Shown: piece by piece, positions 38,389 through 50,899 of the stretch | Numbering within the stretch: position 1 is the first letter of the stretch | How the letters are laid out: each line of letters starts with the position of its first letter | From: Takakia lepidozioides | Taxonomy: Eukaryota > Plantae > Bryophyta | Length of the DNA stretch: 64,000 bases | Reading direction: 5' to 3' | NCBI GenBank assembly: GCA_030704615.1 | Contig: CM060733.1 | Span: 63,054,001-63,118,000, forward strand | The notes under the pieces: generated by a model | The model's input: only the letters and a program-made list of their open reading frames with translations | Databases searched by the model: none | What the model was told of the DNA's origin: nothing | Made by a program: the position numbers and the translations under genes

Positions 38389-39104
38389 GGAAAAACCACC
38401 AACCCCAATACAAATAAACCGAAAACAGATTCAGGCAAATAGAAATGGATGTATTCATTACATTGAACAAAGTGGAGTCATTGGCAAAGAATCCAACTCC
38501 TTCAAAAAACACCTCACATTTCAGTAATCCTATCTTGCTGCAGAAGTGTATGAACGTCAGTGGGACCCATTGTACATTGGTGAATGCACGTGTCTCGGCG
38601 AGGATCACAAAACATCCTGTGAATATAGATGTAGTATAGGTGTTTGCACGGGACAAATTTGGGTCTCTTTCCAATAGAGCTTGATAAAGTGTTCTGGAAG
38701 TCCGGGCATGTGCAATTTGGAAAATTCCCAACAGTTACCTCATAAGTCCTGTCGTGAACAACAAAACCCGATATCACCATACTGTACACCCACCCATAGC
38801 CTGGAGGGGGGACATTGACAACTTGGGTCACCCGACACTGCGGGGGGGGGGGGGGCTATTCCGTGAGCCCGGATGCGTGAGCCTGTGAGCCCAGGAGCCC
38901 GTGAGCCCATGACAGGCTCACGCCACGTCAGCATGCATACAGGGCCTATTTCCGCGGGTGTCACCTATTACCGCGGGTTGATCAGCCCTTTCCAGGGAAT
39001 GCAGACTGGATGTGTTACATCCATTGTATCCATCATTTCTATCCATTGCATCCAATTAGACGTTATTAACATACCAAGCCCTTGCATTGGAATGTGGCTA
39101 CGTC

Positions 39105-39380
39105 GTGAGCAGGTGCACCCTCACATCATCCAAAGCGGATCCCTGCAACATGTTTTCTTACTCACCACCCTTGCGAACATGTATGGTATGTGCGGGAACA
39201 TCATAGATGCTCACCAGAAGAATGCCTGAACGATCTTTGATCACGTGGACTTTAACGTGATGGATTTACTAAGCATTCTTCTGGCAGGAATGGTTTGGAG
39301 ACCAACGAGCAAATGATGCGAGAACGCTCTGCCCAAACTAAAGGCGTTTGTTTGTTTTTGCAATGCACACAAGCTTGTGA
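39105..39380 (+). pseudogene. Captured PPR fragment inside the MULE left arm (also 39975-40255 in E)
   Basis: EQVHPHIIQSG...VFLLTTLANMYGMCGNIIDAHQ, similar to 22120-22400. Confidence 0.75.
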
Positions 39381-40816
39381 GCTCCGGAAAACACTAAAGA
39401 GATTGAAGGAACAATCCGGGCAGTCCATGCAACCCCCATCTCCAACGATAGTTTATTCCCAGGAATTTGCATCCCACGCACACATTGCAAATAGGACAAC
39501 AATGACACACAACCATCCCATTTCAAAATTGGCCCCGAACAAAAGTAAGAGAAAACTTGATATCAAGTGTCACACTCATCAGAATCAGAATCAACCTCCT
39601 GTGCTATGTCATCCACAAAGATTCCGGCCCCAACACCACGTCTTCTACCACGGCCGTCGATGGTTGGACTGCGAGTGCCATGAACAGACATGCTTGCTGC
39701 GAGTGCCTCCACATAGACGGGGGGTGCTATTCCGTGAGCCCGGATGCGTGAGCCTGTGAGCCCAGGAAATCGTGAGCCCAGCACAGGCTCACGCCACGTC
39801 AGCATGCATACAGGGCCTATTTCCGCGGTGTCACCTATTACCGCGGGTTGATCAGCCATTTGCAGGGAATGCAGACTGGTTGTGTTACATCCATTGTATC
39901 CATCCTTACTATCCATTGCATCCATTTAGACGTTATAAACATACCAAGCCCCTGCATTGGAATGTGGCTACGTCGTGAGCATGTGCACACTCACATCATC
40001 CAAAGCGAATCCCTGCGAAATCTTTTCTTACTCACCACCCTTGTGAACATGCCAAGTATGTGCGGGAGCATCATGGATGCTCACCAGAATTGAGAATGCA
40101 TGAACGATCTTTGATCACGTGGACTTTAACGTGATGGATTTACCAAGCATTCTTCTAGCATGAATGGTTTGGAGACCAACAAGCAAATGATGCGAGAATG
40201 CTCTACCCGAAGATGTTTGTTTGTTTTTGCAATGCACACAAGCTTGTGAGCTCCGGAAAACACTAAAGAGATTGAAGGAACAATCCGGGCAGTCCATGCA
40301 ACCCCCATCTCCAACGATAGTCTGTTCCCATGAATTTGCATCCCACGCACACATTGCAAATAGGACAATAAGGACACACAACCATCCCATTTCCAAATTG
40401 GCCCCGAATAAAAGCAAAAGAAAACTTCATATCAAGTGTCACAGTCATCAGAATCAGTATCGACCTCATGTGCTATGTCATCCACAAAGATTCCGGCCCC
40501 AACACCACGTCTTCCACCACGGCTGTCGATTGTGGACTACGAGTGTCATGAACGGACATGCTTGCTGCGAGTGCCTCCGCATAGATAGGTAGCACGTAAG
40601 ACTGAGGAGGACTTGAAAGAAGTCCAAAAATGTGTGATAGCCCTGGAGGGTCAGTGGAAGCACGCGGACTCCTCCACAAGTCGACAAAAACCCATTTTGA
40701 ACACAATGATGCAATGCACAAGTCCAACGAAGAGGATGTCTCCCATGTGCACTTCGCCTTAAGAACAGTGATTCTGGGTATTGAAACAACAATGCAAGCA
40801 TCCACAGCTTGAACTT

Positions 40817-43200
40817 ACTCACAGGCAAAGTCGGAGTCCAGCTCCTTGTCGGATGTCTCCCCTGTATCAATATCAGCGGGTAGGGCTTCGAAAGGACTTG
40901 CGAAGTGTGTCCACCCAAACCCATCAGGAGGTTCTTGTAAATCTCGGCATCCCCTTCAATCCCAAAGAGATGTCGCGCACTGGCCTTGCAAGCGTGGTAC
41001 GAGGCACCTGCAGTGGAATACAATGAAGGAAACAGACATTGAAGACACATTTGGAATGGTGGGAAGAGCTGAAAGTGCAAGCTCAAACAAACCTCATGAA
41101 ATGTGAATGTTGAAGAGATGAACCTGTGCCCATTGACAAATCCAGAACTCTGGCGTCTGTGTAGGTGCTGCACTCCACAATCGTCTGAATGAAAGCCGGG
41201 CTCCTCTCCCTGGCCCCTCTCCAAGGAACCCCATCCCCCTTCGCAAGCACACGTTGCTGTCCACGTAGTTGTGGTGCATGTCATCCGTGGGAGGATCTGT
41301 CCTCTCGTCTATGAACTTGCCCCCATGAGTGATGGCGAACTCCCTAATGATGGCTGGAGTCGTAGGTGGATGCACTCGGACGAGACAAACAGCTTCAAAC
41401 AAACGAGTCTGCGAACATGACATACACAAGGAAACTAAGAAGCTTGAAAACCAGGCCCCTACATATTCATTTGAGCGACTTATGCAACTCCATCCGAGAA
41501 CCACCAAGAAGAGGAATAAGAAGGCAGATTTACCATCTCTCCGGGACGATCCCCCTTTGTCAGGTACATGCTGTTAACACAATTCCATGTCTTCACGACC
41601 CTCATACCGGAGGCTTTCAAATAGCTAGCAAGTGCACGGCGACAACGAAGGTCGATGGATTGGATGAGCACCAAAACACCTGCATCGGACAGAAAAAAAA
41701 ATTGCAAAAGGAGAAAATCCACCGCCAGTAGCGCTCATCAAAAGCATTCCAACCTGGACAAGCACCCGATGGAGGGACATCCGGGACTGGCAACTCATCA
41801 GGGATGTCCAAGATGATGAGTTCGGCTGCATATGGCTTCTCCTTCCCGTTGACCCAAGATTTGGTCATTTTAGCCTGCAAACAAGAATGCATTGGAATGC
41901 TCAAGAGGATTGAAACGATCCATGCCCACAACAGACAAGAAGAAAAAAACAACACGCACCGTGCCGAGGAACTCCACAATCCTCTCCCACACTGGTGATG
42001 GTTCGCCCTTGTAATCAGATTTCTTGGACTGCATCATGGCAAGGAACCCGACATTGGCCATCTCCAACCTGGTAGGGAAAATGACCCTCGTGGGATGCTC
42101 CACTGCATGGTACGGGTCCTTGGGATCAACCACCCTCTTGTTCTTTCTCTCGGATCCCCTACCATGCGGTGGAGTCTGCTGGACATCCACGAGAGGGCCA
42201 GTATCTGTAACACTTCCCTGCCCTCCTACCTGCCCTTGTGCCCCCTTCCCCCTACCCCTTCCTTTCCCCCCACCACCAGCAACATCCTTTCCTTTTGCCT
42301 TTTTACCTTTACTCGATGTATCCTGAGCGGGAGGCTCCTTCTCTGCAAGAGTCCACAAATTTCTATCATGAATGTCGAGGTCGGCTGCTGCGGCGCTGGC
42401 TTCTATACGCTCATTCTCTCTCCTCAAAGACACCTCCTGAGCTGGGGTCTCGGAAGCAGGGCAATCCAAATACGAACCACAAGCAGAAAGATGGTCTGGG
42501 CCCCAGTCATGCAAGATCCCCGTAGTAAACATGGTCTGGTTGCCAGCAGGGACAAGCCAAAGGTCCATGAAATCAGGATGTTTGTCCAAGCAGTTCTCTG
42601 CCATGAGAACATACTTTATGTACCTGCAGGAATAGAGACAGCCTCATTATGCAATGCAAATATTGTCTCCCAACTTTTCTACCCCATCACGAAGACCCCC
42701 TAAAAGAGTATGCGGCACAGTACACTCCACCACAAACTCATATGAGCCAGCCAAAAACAGGTTGGATGGAGGAGAGTGTGTCTATGCAAAACAAAGAAGC
42801 ACAGTCCATTTCGCACCTGTAAAGGCATCGTTTCCAGGCTTCCTCTCCTTTCTCTTGCTAGTCAAGCTTATTTGTTCGACTGATGCCAGCATCCTTGCTA
42901 AACTCTCTGAAGAAACAAGATTGCCACACCGTGGCTCTCCATTTCCTCATGTATGCTTGGAAGGAGACCTTCGGTTTTGTCATGGTGATCCCATAGTCAG
43001 CCAGCTGCGTATGTAGAACAGAGCGGGCCCTTTCCTCCAACTGCAGACCAATACAAAAGCAAGAATGAACCCAAAAACAATCACAACCAATGTAACATGG
43101 AAAGAGAATAACAGAAAAAGCGAAAAGAAAGTGACACAACAAATGACATCATACATGGCTCCAGTAAGTGGCCTTGTGAAGCCATGTGTCCAGCACATCG
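40817..43200 (-). pseudogene. Accessory gene of E: central and methyltransferase-like exons; 5' ParB exons absent
   Basis: Exons include 42625-~41960, 41874-41534 (LIILDIPD), 41408-41124 (VLDLSMGTG) and 41007-~40817 (GASYHACKASARHLFGIEGD). Frameshifts present. Confidence 0.75.
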
Positions 43201-43724
43201 ATAACTGATAGGGGGCCGGTGCGCCGCCACGCTGGTGGATGGCAAGGATGAGGGGGGCATATTTTTTGTCGTTTTTCTAGGGTATATGTAATGTGACAAG
43301 AGGGGGAGGCAATGTTCGGCTATTCATGCTCTTGGTAGTGTGAGCCTTGTGGTGGATTGGTGACCAAGCAAATGGTGCTTGTATGGAGCATGCTCTCTCG
43401 GGTTTGTAAGTTCAAGTTTGAGACAGGGAGCTCTTGAGCTAGTAAGAAGTGAAGGCCTTAAGATCCATTTGTGTGTGAGAAGTGGAGAGGTGTTGATTCA
43501 TGTTATAATGAAGGAGAGCAACACATAGACCAAGAGGTCATGGAATATACATTCAAATGACCAAGGGGAGCACATGGATGATGGATTAGTGTGTCGTGCG
43601 CATACGTATCGCTACACAACTACATCGCTGTCCAAACCACACCACACATATATGCACAATAAAGTAGTCTGCCATAATGAAATGAAAACTAAACTCACAC
43701 TGGCTGTTGACACAAAACACGAAA

Positions 43725-46203
43725 GGCAGGAGTTCCACAATGCCCCTTGTGCAACACCTTCTGCTATAGCGCTTGCAGCTAGCAAGGCATTCCTAGAAAA
43801 ACACATACTGGGTGAAGGGGATGCGACACAACCAATGTTGGATGCAGATTCGCTTGATGCAGTGATGGACCATTTCTCCGTGTTGAGCTCTCCCAATATT
43901 CGAAACCAGGTGAATGCACTTAGAATTGGCACAGGCACTGCTGGATTCATGGACAACATTATGGACCTCAAACGGAGGAGTCGCTATGATTTCATTCAAA
44001 ACAGTATCTTCCCTGGCCAGGGCTCGTCCAAGGTGTATTTGTTCAAGATGTCCACAGTGGGCGAAGGCAGTGCTGTGAGCATTGTCTGCCGAATGCAACC
44101 TGGAGGAGATTTGGCAAAATGTTGGTTAATGTTTGATCACTGCAAACGGGTGAAGGGTTGGACAACCATGGCGTGCCATGTGTATGATCCAGTGTACCAA
44201 CGTGTGCTCTCCATAGCAATTTGTGATATGCAGTCGGAGGACACTGAATCCCAGATGCTCATGTGGAATTCGCTCCTGGCCGTCATGCAGCGCAATGGAA
44301 TACAGAACACAAATTTTGCGGGCTTCATGGCTGATAGTGCACAGGCAAAATTCAATGCAATGCGGCGCGTCTTTGGTTCGGGGGATCCTAAGGTCCCAAT
44401 GGTAAATAGGGAGCGCACATGCCTCTTCCATTGGAGTCAATCTCGGGCACGTCATACAAAGCGTTGCATTCGCCCTGACCTTCAGTTGGAGCACAGAAGG
44501 CTCTGCCTCAAGTACAAAAATGCCACCTCAATGGAAGAAGCTGAGAGCACTTACCAAGCAATCCGGGCTTGGTGGCTGCTACTGGTATCCACCTGAAGGA
44601 GTTGGAGGACTGGTTGGTTTTCTGGCACTTCAGGTACAGACAGTGGGGATCTTTCATGACGACGGTAAGCCTCTTCAATCCTAGAAACATAAATTTCACT
44701 TTGCATCGTGCCTGTTCATTTGGGGTTGTTGGATTGTCACTTGCAGAACCTCTTCCATTTCCTCGCATTTCCATGCAATGCCTCCAGCAGGACATGTCCT
44801 TGGAGGACTTGGCCGAAATGCCATCCTGTAATTTGGCGGAGACTGTTCACAACGCCTGGATGCAGCAGTCTACCAAAGCAGGACGTGACTTGTATGTGGC
44901 CACTGCTGCTGACATGGTGCGGGCACTTACACAACAAACCAGGTACCGCAATTTTCTGATGGGACGGGGTGGAGGCAAGGGCCCTGATACGACTTTGTTG
45001 ATGTTAAGGGCTGCGAGCAGGTCCGGAGACCCATCGAAGATGGCCAGAGCTCTGAATAGGTGCACTGAAGGCTCCCCTTTGCAATCCAGGGTCCCCCATT
45101 TGGAAGGCGAGGAAAGATTTGGATCATGCAAAAGGAAATTGAACACTCCTCCAGGGTCGGATGGAGATTCCCATCGGCCGGACAGGGTCATTTTCTCTGT
45201 ACCAAAGGTGTCTCCAGTGCAGACTAAGTCGTGTGCCCGCCCCTTCCCAGGTGGGTCCTCCTCCAGTGGAGCAGGTGCAGATCATGCAAGCACAACAGCA
45301 GGAATCCCATTGGAGGAGGTGGTGGCCATGGTGCATGAATCTGATTGCATTGATAGTGAGTGGCATATAGAATGCACCCCACCACGATCTAGAGTGGCTT
45401 GCATGGCAATTTGGACCCCCTCTTTCAAGAGATGCAAATAAAAAATATGCAAAGGCTCTAGGGGGACTCCAGCTCCAACTTTCACAGGGTTGTTCCAACC
45501 TTATCATAGTGGGGAGTCAAAGGACCACAAGTTCTGGTTCTGCCCAGACAATATGGCACGATGCGTCAAGGGAACAGTTCGTCCTTCGGTGATAATGAAG
45601 CCCCCTCCCCCCGCAATTTGGCCTGTGAAACTTGGGACGTCGCTGTCATCAACCGAGATAAGCATGCTGGAGGAGGGAGGGTTCTGTCTTGCACGGTCCC
45701 GGGTGGTGCCCTCATGCACTGTCTGCACAGATGTGCCACATGCTCCGGCAATGCCTCCACCCAGTGCCGACTCCCACCCAACAAAAAGAGATGGAAAAAC
45801 AGTGCGCCGTGTCGCTTCGGGTGCAGATCACGAATGCAAGATGGAATCGGCTAGAATTTTGCAGGCTCGGGTGACTCCTATCACCGAAGTCCCTGCCCTG
45901 GGGTATGGACGGATTTACACAGTGCTGTCTTTTGGCTCAGTTCTTCATGGCAAAGAATATCAGGTTACCGTGGGGAATTTCCCTACGTGCACTTGTCCGG
46001 ATTTTGTAACGATGCATGAGAGCGCTCTCGGCATGAGAGGGAAGTGGGTCCCCTGCAAGCATCAATATTACATATCCTTTGTAATTATGTGCTGCGATGG
46101 TAAGAGAGACCAATTCATTCACCAAGCCACACTAGGCTACGGAGAAGTCATCACCCCTCTGCAACGGGACACCTCACGTAGGGCTCCGCCAAATTCTCTT
46201 TGA
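43725..46203 (+). pseudogene. Mutator-like DDE transposase with C-terminal SWIM zinc finger (element E)
   Basis: MFDH, FMADSAQA, CLFHW (CxxH), CNLAETVH and SWIM CTCPDF...CKH. Intron 44665-44790, frameshift ~44575, stop 45439-45441. Confidence 0.85.
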
Positions 46204-46859
46204 ACACATACGAGCCATGCCCGCTTCCCATGCTGCTTTCCAGGTTACCGTGTGAAGACTTTGCATTTAGGACAAACACATACATTTCGTTCACGGAACC
46301 AGGGCAAATGCACATGCCATTCATTGTAAGCGTCTATCTGTGAATTGAAATAAAGTGTGTCAATCATTCTGAGCTCAAATCTGCCATATTTTCATATTCC
46401 TCTTTTTGTGCAAGCATTGCAGACATGGTGCATGGTGGCCCCCTTTGTTTTGTCCACGGTAATAGGCCCTCTTCTTGCAATCCTCGCCTACAGGACCTGC
46501 TTCTCCAGCAGATTTGTGCCGCTCACGCTTCCCTGAAGTGTGAGCTCAGCTCACGCTTTGCAGCTACAACGTGAGCTCAGCTCCCAGGCTCACGGGGCTG
46601 GGCTCACGCTGTAGCTACGCTGCACATAGACGGGTAGCATGTAAGACAGAGGAGGACTTGAAAGAAGTCCAAAAATGTGTGATAGCCCTGGAGGGTCAGT
46701 GGAAGCACGCGGACTCCTCCACAAGTCGACAAAAACCCATTTTGAATACAATGATGCAATGCATAAGTCCAACGAAGAGGATGTCTCCCATGTGCACTTT
46801 GCCTTAAGAACAGTGATTCTGGGTATTGAAACAACAATGCAAGCATCCACAGCTTGAAC

Positions 46860-49800
46860 TTACTCACAGGCAAAGTTGGAGTCCAGCTCCTTGTCGGATG
46901 TCTCCCCTGTATCAATATCAGCGGGTAGGGCTTCGGAAGGACTTGCGAAGTGTGTCCACCCAAACCCATCAGGAGGTTCTTGTAAATCTCGGCATCCCCT
47001 TCAATCCCAAAGAGATGTCGCGCACTGGCCTTGCAAGCGTGGTACGAGGCACCTGCAGTGGAATACAATGAAGGAAACAGACATTGAAGACACATTTGGA
47101 ATGGTGGGAAGAGCTGAAAGTGCAAGCTCAAACAAACCTCATGAAATGTGAATGTTGAAGAGATGAACCTGTGCCCATTGACAAATCCAGAACTCTGGCG
47201 TCTGTGTAGGTGCTGCACTCCACAATCGTCTGAATGAAAGCCGGGCTCCTCTCCCTGGCCCCTCTCCAAGGAACCCCATCCCCCTTCGCAAGCACACGTT
47301 GCTGTCCACGTAATTGTGGTGCATGTCATCCATGGGAGGATCTGTCCTCTCGTCTATGAACTTGCCCCCATGAGTGATGGCGAACTCCCTAATGATGGCT
47401 GGAGTTGTAGGTGGATGCACTCGGACGAGACAAACAGCTTCAAACAAACGAGTCTGCGAACATGACATACACAAGGAACTAAGAAGCTTGAAAACCAGGC
47501 CCCTACATATTCATTTGAGCGACTTATGCAACTCCATCCGAGAACCACCAAGAAGAGGAATAAGAAGGCAGATTTACCATCTCTCCGGGACGATCCCCCT
47601 TCGTCAGGTACATGCTGTTAACACAATTCCATGTCTTCACGACCCTCATACCGGAGGCTTTCAAATAGCTGGCAAGTGCACGGCGACAACGAAGGTCGAT
47701 GGACTGGATGAGCACCAAAACACCTGCATCGGACAGAAAAAAATTGCAAAAGGAGAAAATCCACCGCCAGTAGCGCTCATCAAAAGCATTCCAACCTGGA
47801 CAAGCACCCGATGGAGGGACATCCGGGACTGGCAACTCATCAGGGATGTCCAAGATGATGAGTTCGGCTGCATATGGCTTCTCCTTCCCGTTGACCCAAG
47901 ATTTGGTCATTTTAGCCTGCAAACAAGCATGCAATGTAATGCTCAAGAGCAGCCATGCCCAGAACACACAAGAAGCAAAAGACAACACACACCGTGCTGA
48001 GGAACTCCACAATCCTCTCCCACACTGGTGATGGATCGCCCTTGTAATCAGATTTCTTGGACTCCATCATGGCAAGGAACCCGACATTTGCCATCTCCAA
48101 CCTGGTAGGGCGAATGACCCTCGAGGGATGCTCCACCGCATGGTACGGGTCCTTAGGATCAACCACCCCCTTGTTCTTTCTCCCGGATCCCCTACCATGA
48201 GGTGGAGTCTCTTTGGTCGGCTGGACATCCGCCGCAGGGCAGGTTTCTGCAACACTTCCCTGCCCAACAACTTGCTTTTGCGCTCCCTTCCCCCTATCCC
48301 TTCATTTCCGCACACCAACAGCAACATCCTTTCCCTTCGCCTTTTCTACCTTTACCGGGGTATCCTGAGCAGGAGGCTCCTTCACTGCAAGTGTCCTCAA
48401 ATTTCTATCATGAATCTCGAGGTCGGCAGCTACGGCGGTAGCTGCCACATGCTCATTCTCTCTCCTCAAAGACACCTCCTGCGCTGGGGTCTCAGAAATA
48501 GGGCAATCCAAATACCAACCACAGGCAGAAAGATGGTCTGGGCCCCAGTCCTGCAAGATCCCCGTAGTAAACATGGTCTGGTTGCCAGCAGGAACTAGCC
48601 ACAGGTCCACGAAATCAGGATGTTTGTCCAAGCAGTTCTCTGCCATGAGAACATACTTTATGTACCTGCAGGCATAGAGACAGCCTCATTATGCAATGCA
48701 AATATTGTCTCCCAGCTTTTCTACCACATCACGAAGACCCCCTAAAAGAGTATGCGGCACCGCACACTGCAACCACCGCACACAAAATAGCCTGACGGGC
48801 CCAGGGTGTGCACGTTGGTGTCATGGATAGAGCAAATGTGTGTGCGGCACCGCACACACATATGAGCCAGCACAAAACAGATTGGATGGAGGAGAGTGTA
48901 TCTTTGCAAATCAAAGAAGCATAGTCTATTTCGCACCTGTAAATGCATCGTTTCCAGGCTTCCTCTCCTTTCTCTTGCTGGTCAAGCTCATTTGTTCGAC
49001 TGATGCCACCTTCCTTGTTGAACTCCTTAAAGAAACAAGATTGTCACACTGTGGCTCTCCATTTCCGCATGTATGCTTGGAAGGAGACCTTCGGTGTTGT
49101 CATGGTGATGCCATTGTCAGCCAGCTGCGTATGTAGAATAGACAAGGCCCTTTCCTCCAACTGCAAAACAATTTGAATGCAAGAATGAACTAGAAATCAA
49201 TCACAACCAATGTAACATGGAAAGAGAACGACAGAAAAATGAAATGAAAGTGACACATCAAAGGACATCATACCTGGCTCCAGTAAGTGGCCTTGTGAAG
49301 CCATGTGTCCATCATATTGTCACTGACATGAATGACACGCTGGGTCTTCTTCTCTTTCTCCGGCCTGAGGAACATGTGGGTATCTCTAACAGTGGGATCA
49401 GAGTTCCATATCTGTAGCCACTTCACCTTCTATTCTGAAGACACAACGGCAGTAGACAACCTGTGCAACTTCTCCTGGGCCATCTTGGGCTTACCTGGCT
49501 TGTTGTAATGGTTTTTCACCTCTTGAAGAAACTGTGGTCCAAAGGATGGGTCGGCAATTCTCAACTGCTTCACAAAAGCACTCATAATATTCTTTCTTGT
49601 GGCGGTCATCTCTTGCTTGATGTGACTCTCAACCCCCTTTCCTGTCCTTCTCTCTTCAGGGGTAGAGTTGTAGTATTCCAGTTTGCCACGCTGTCCTGCA
49701 TCGGCAATTTCTTGCTGTAGGAGAATGCACGACAGTTGCATCAACACAATGGCAAGGGAGACAAACAAAAACAAAGATCTGGAAGCAGGAATATCGAAAG

Positions 49801-50725
49801 GCCAGATGATGGAAGATGTATCTCACCGCGTACATATACTCCATGAAAGCCTCATGGGTCAACAAGTACCATGTTTCTGATGTCTTGGAGCTTTCGCACT
49901 TCTTGTACGTCTCTACTGAAAGGATGGTCTTGAAGTTGGTCAAGGGCATCTGGCCGATCCTCTGTATCCTGTATAGTGTGTGAACCAGACTCGTTTTGAC
50001 ATGCGATGTCTCCGTCCCTCTGCAGAATGACGTGTGAAAGTGAGAATGAAATTCAAGAACCGAGAACAGAGGATTGGAACCAAAGAAGCACGGAACAACA
50101 ACAGGAACATGTAGGATGAGAAACCAACCTGTTCACATCATTCATTGCCGTCAGGAGACCCATCATGTTCCCACCACAATCCAACACCATCGTTTGAACA
50201 CAGTAATGCCACTCTTCCTCCTTTGAGTGCAACCTCCCAATGACAGCCATCCATGCAAGCAACCGGTGGTTGCCATCCCATACGTGAAACATCCTACCTG
50301 AGAATGCTTGGGTCGAAGGTTTCCTGGAGAGAAGAAGTTTGAAGGATTCGTTCACTTGTCTCCAAATGGGATCGCAAGAGTCCACGATTGACTCATCCAG
50401 AAAAAGCTCATTGCCTCTGGAATCCCTAGTGGAAACGTAAAAGACTGCGGATCCATCCAAATACCCATTAACAAACTCGGCCTCCAGCTTCTGGATGTCC
50501 TTGATGAGGGGTGGACGAAAGATGGGCATGGAAACCAACCTACACAGGGGAATCTTCAACCTCCCACCCGGGGCAAGCATGCTTTGCACCACAAGCTGAG
50601 AATTCACCTTCTGACCCCCCAGCATCTCCGCGGCTTTTGCTTTCATAGAACTCATCGTCCACATCAAGAATGATCTCCTTCTCCTGCCCTGAAGTGTTGT
50701 CATCAGCCACCCTTTGGATCTTCTC
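46860..50725 (-). pseudogene. Spliced accessory gene of D: ParB/Srx-like domain + helical region + basic linker + beta-class N6A/N4C DNA methyltransferase-like domain
   Basis: Exons ~50725-50129 (RPPLIKDIQKLEAEFVNGY, VWDGNHRLLAW), 50019-49827, 49714-49274, 49160-48937, 48665-~47993, 47916-47578 (ELIILDIPD...FLSDAGVLVLI), 47453-47169 (RSPAFIQTIVECST..RVLDLSMGTG) and 47052-~46860 (RHLFGIEGDAEIY). Several frameshifts. Confidence 0.72.
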
Positions 50726-50899
50726 CTGCAGGGTTGTTCATTCAATTTCACATAAGAGAGAGGACAGGAACAAAGTGCAGTGCCGAAGACTGCACAGAGC
50801 TCAAACACATACCTTTTCCGTGTTTTCACTATGCTTCAAATGTGATTCAATGTTTAAAAAAGAATCAAGTTGGCTTCCTATTACATCAAAACATGTCGA

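Larger units (their letters stand above)
39720..46623. mobile_element. MULE-family element E nested in sibling element D
   Basis: Same termini as D. TSD ACATAGACG at 39711-39719 and 46624-46632. The uninterrupted target is visible in E itself at 40570-40600. Confidence 0.92.

Noticed and set aside
43574-43724. True transposase N-terminus
   Set aside because: Not shared with D, whose homology starts at AGGCAGGA (43724 and 52366). Probably unrelated filler or intron sequence.
45439-45441. Stop codon repaired by U-to-C editing or readthrough
   Set aside because: Such editing is organellar, and the copies carry other disabling lesions.
46860-50725. Bacterial or phage contamination as the source of the ParB and MTase motifs
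   Set aside because: The gene has GT-AG introns conserved between copies and lies within TSD-flanked elements embedded among plant sequences.
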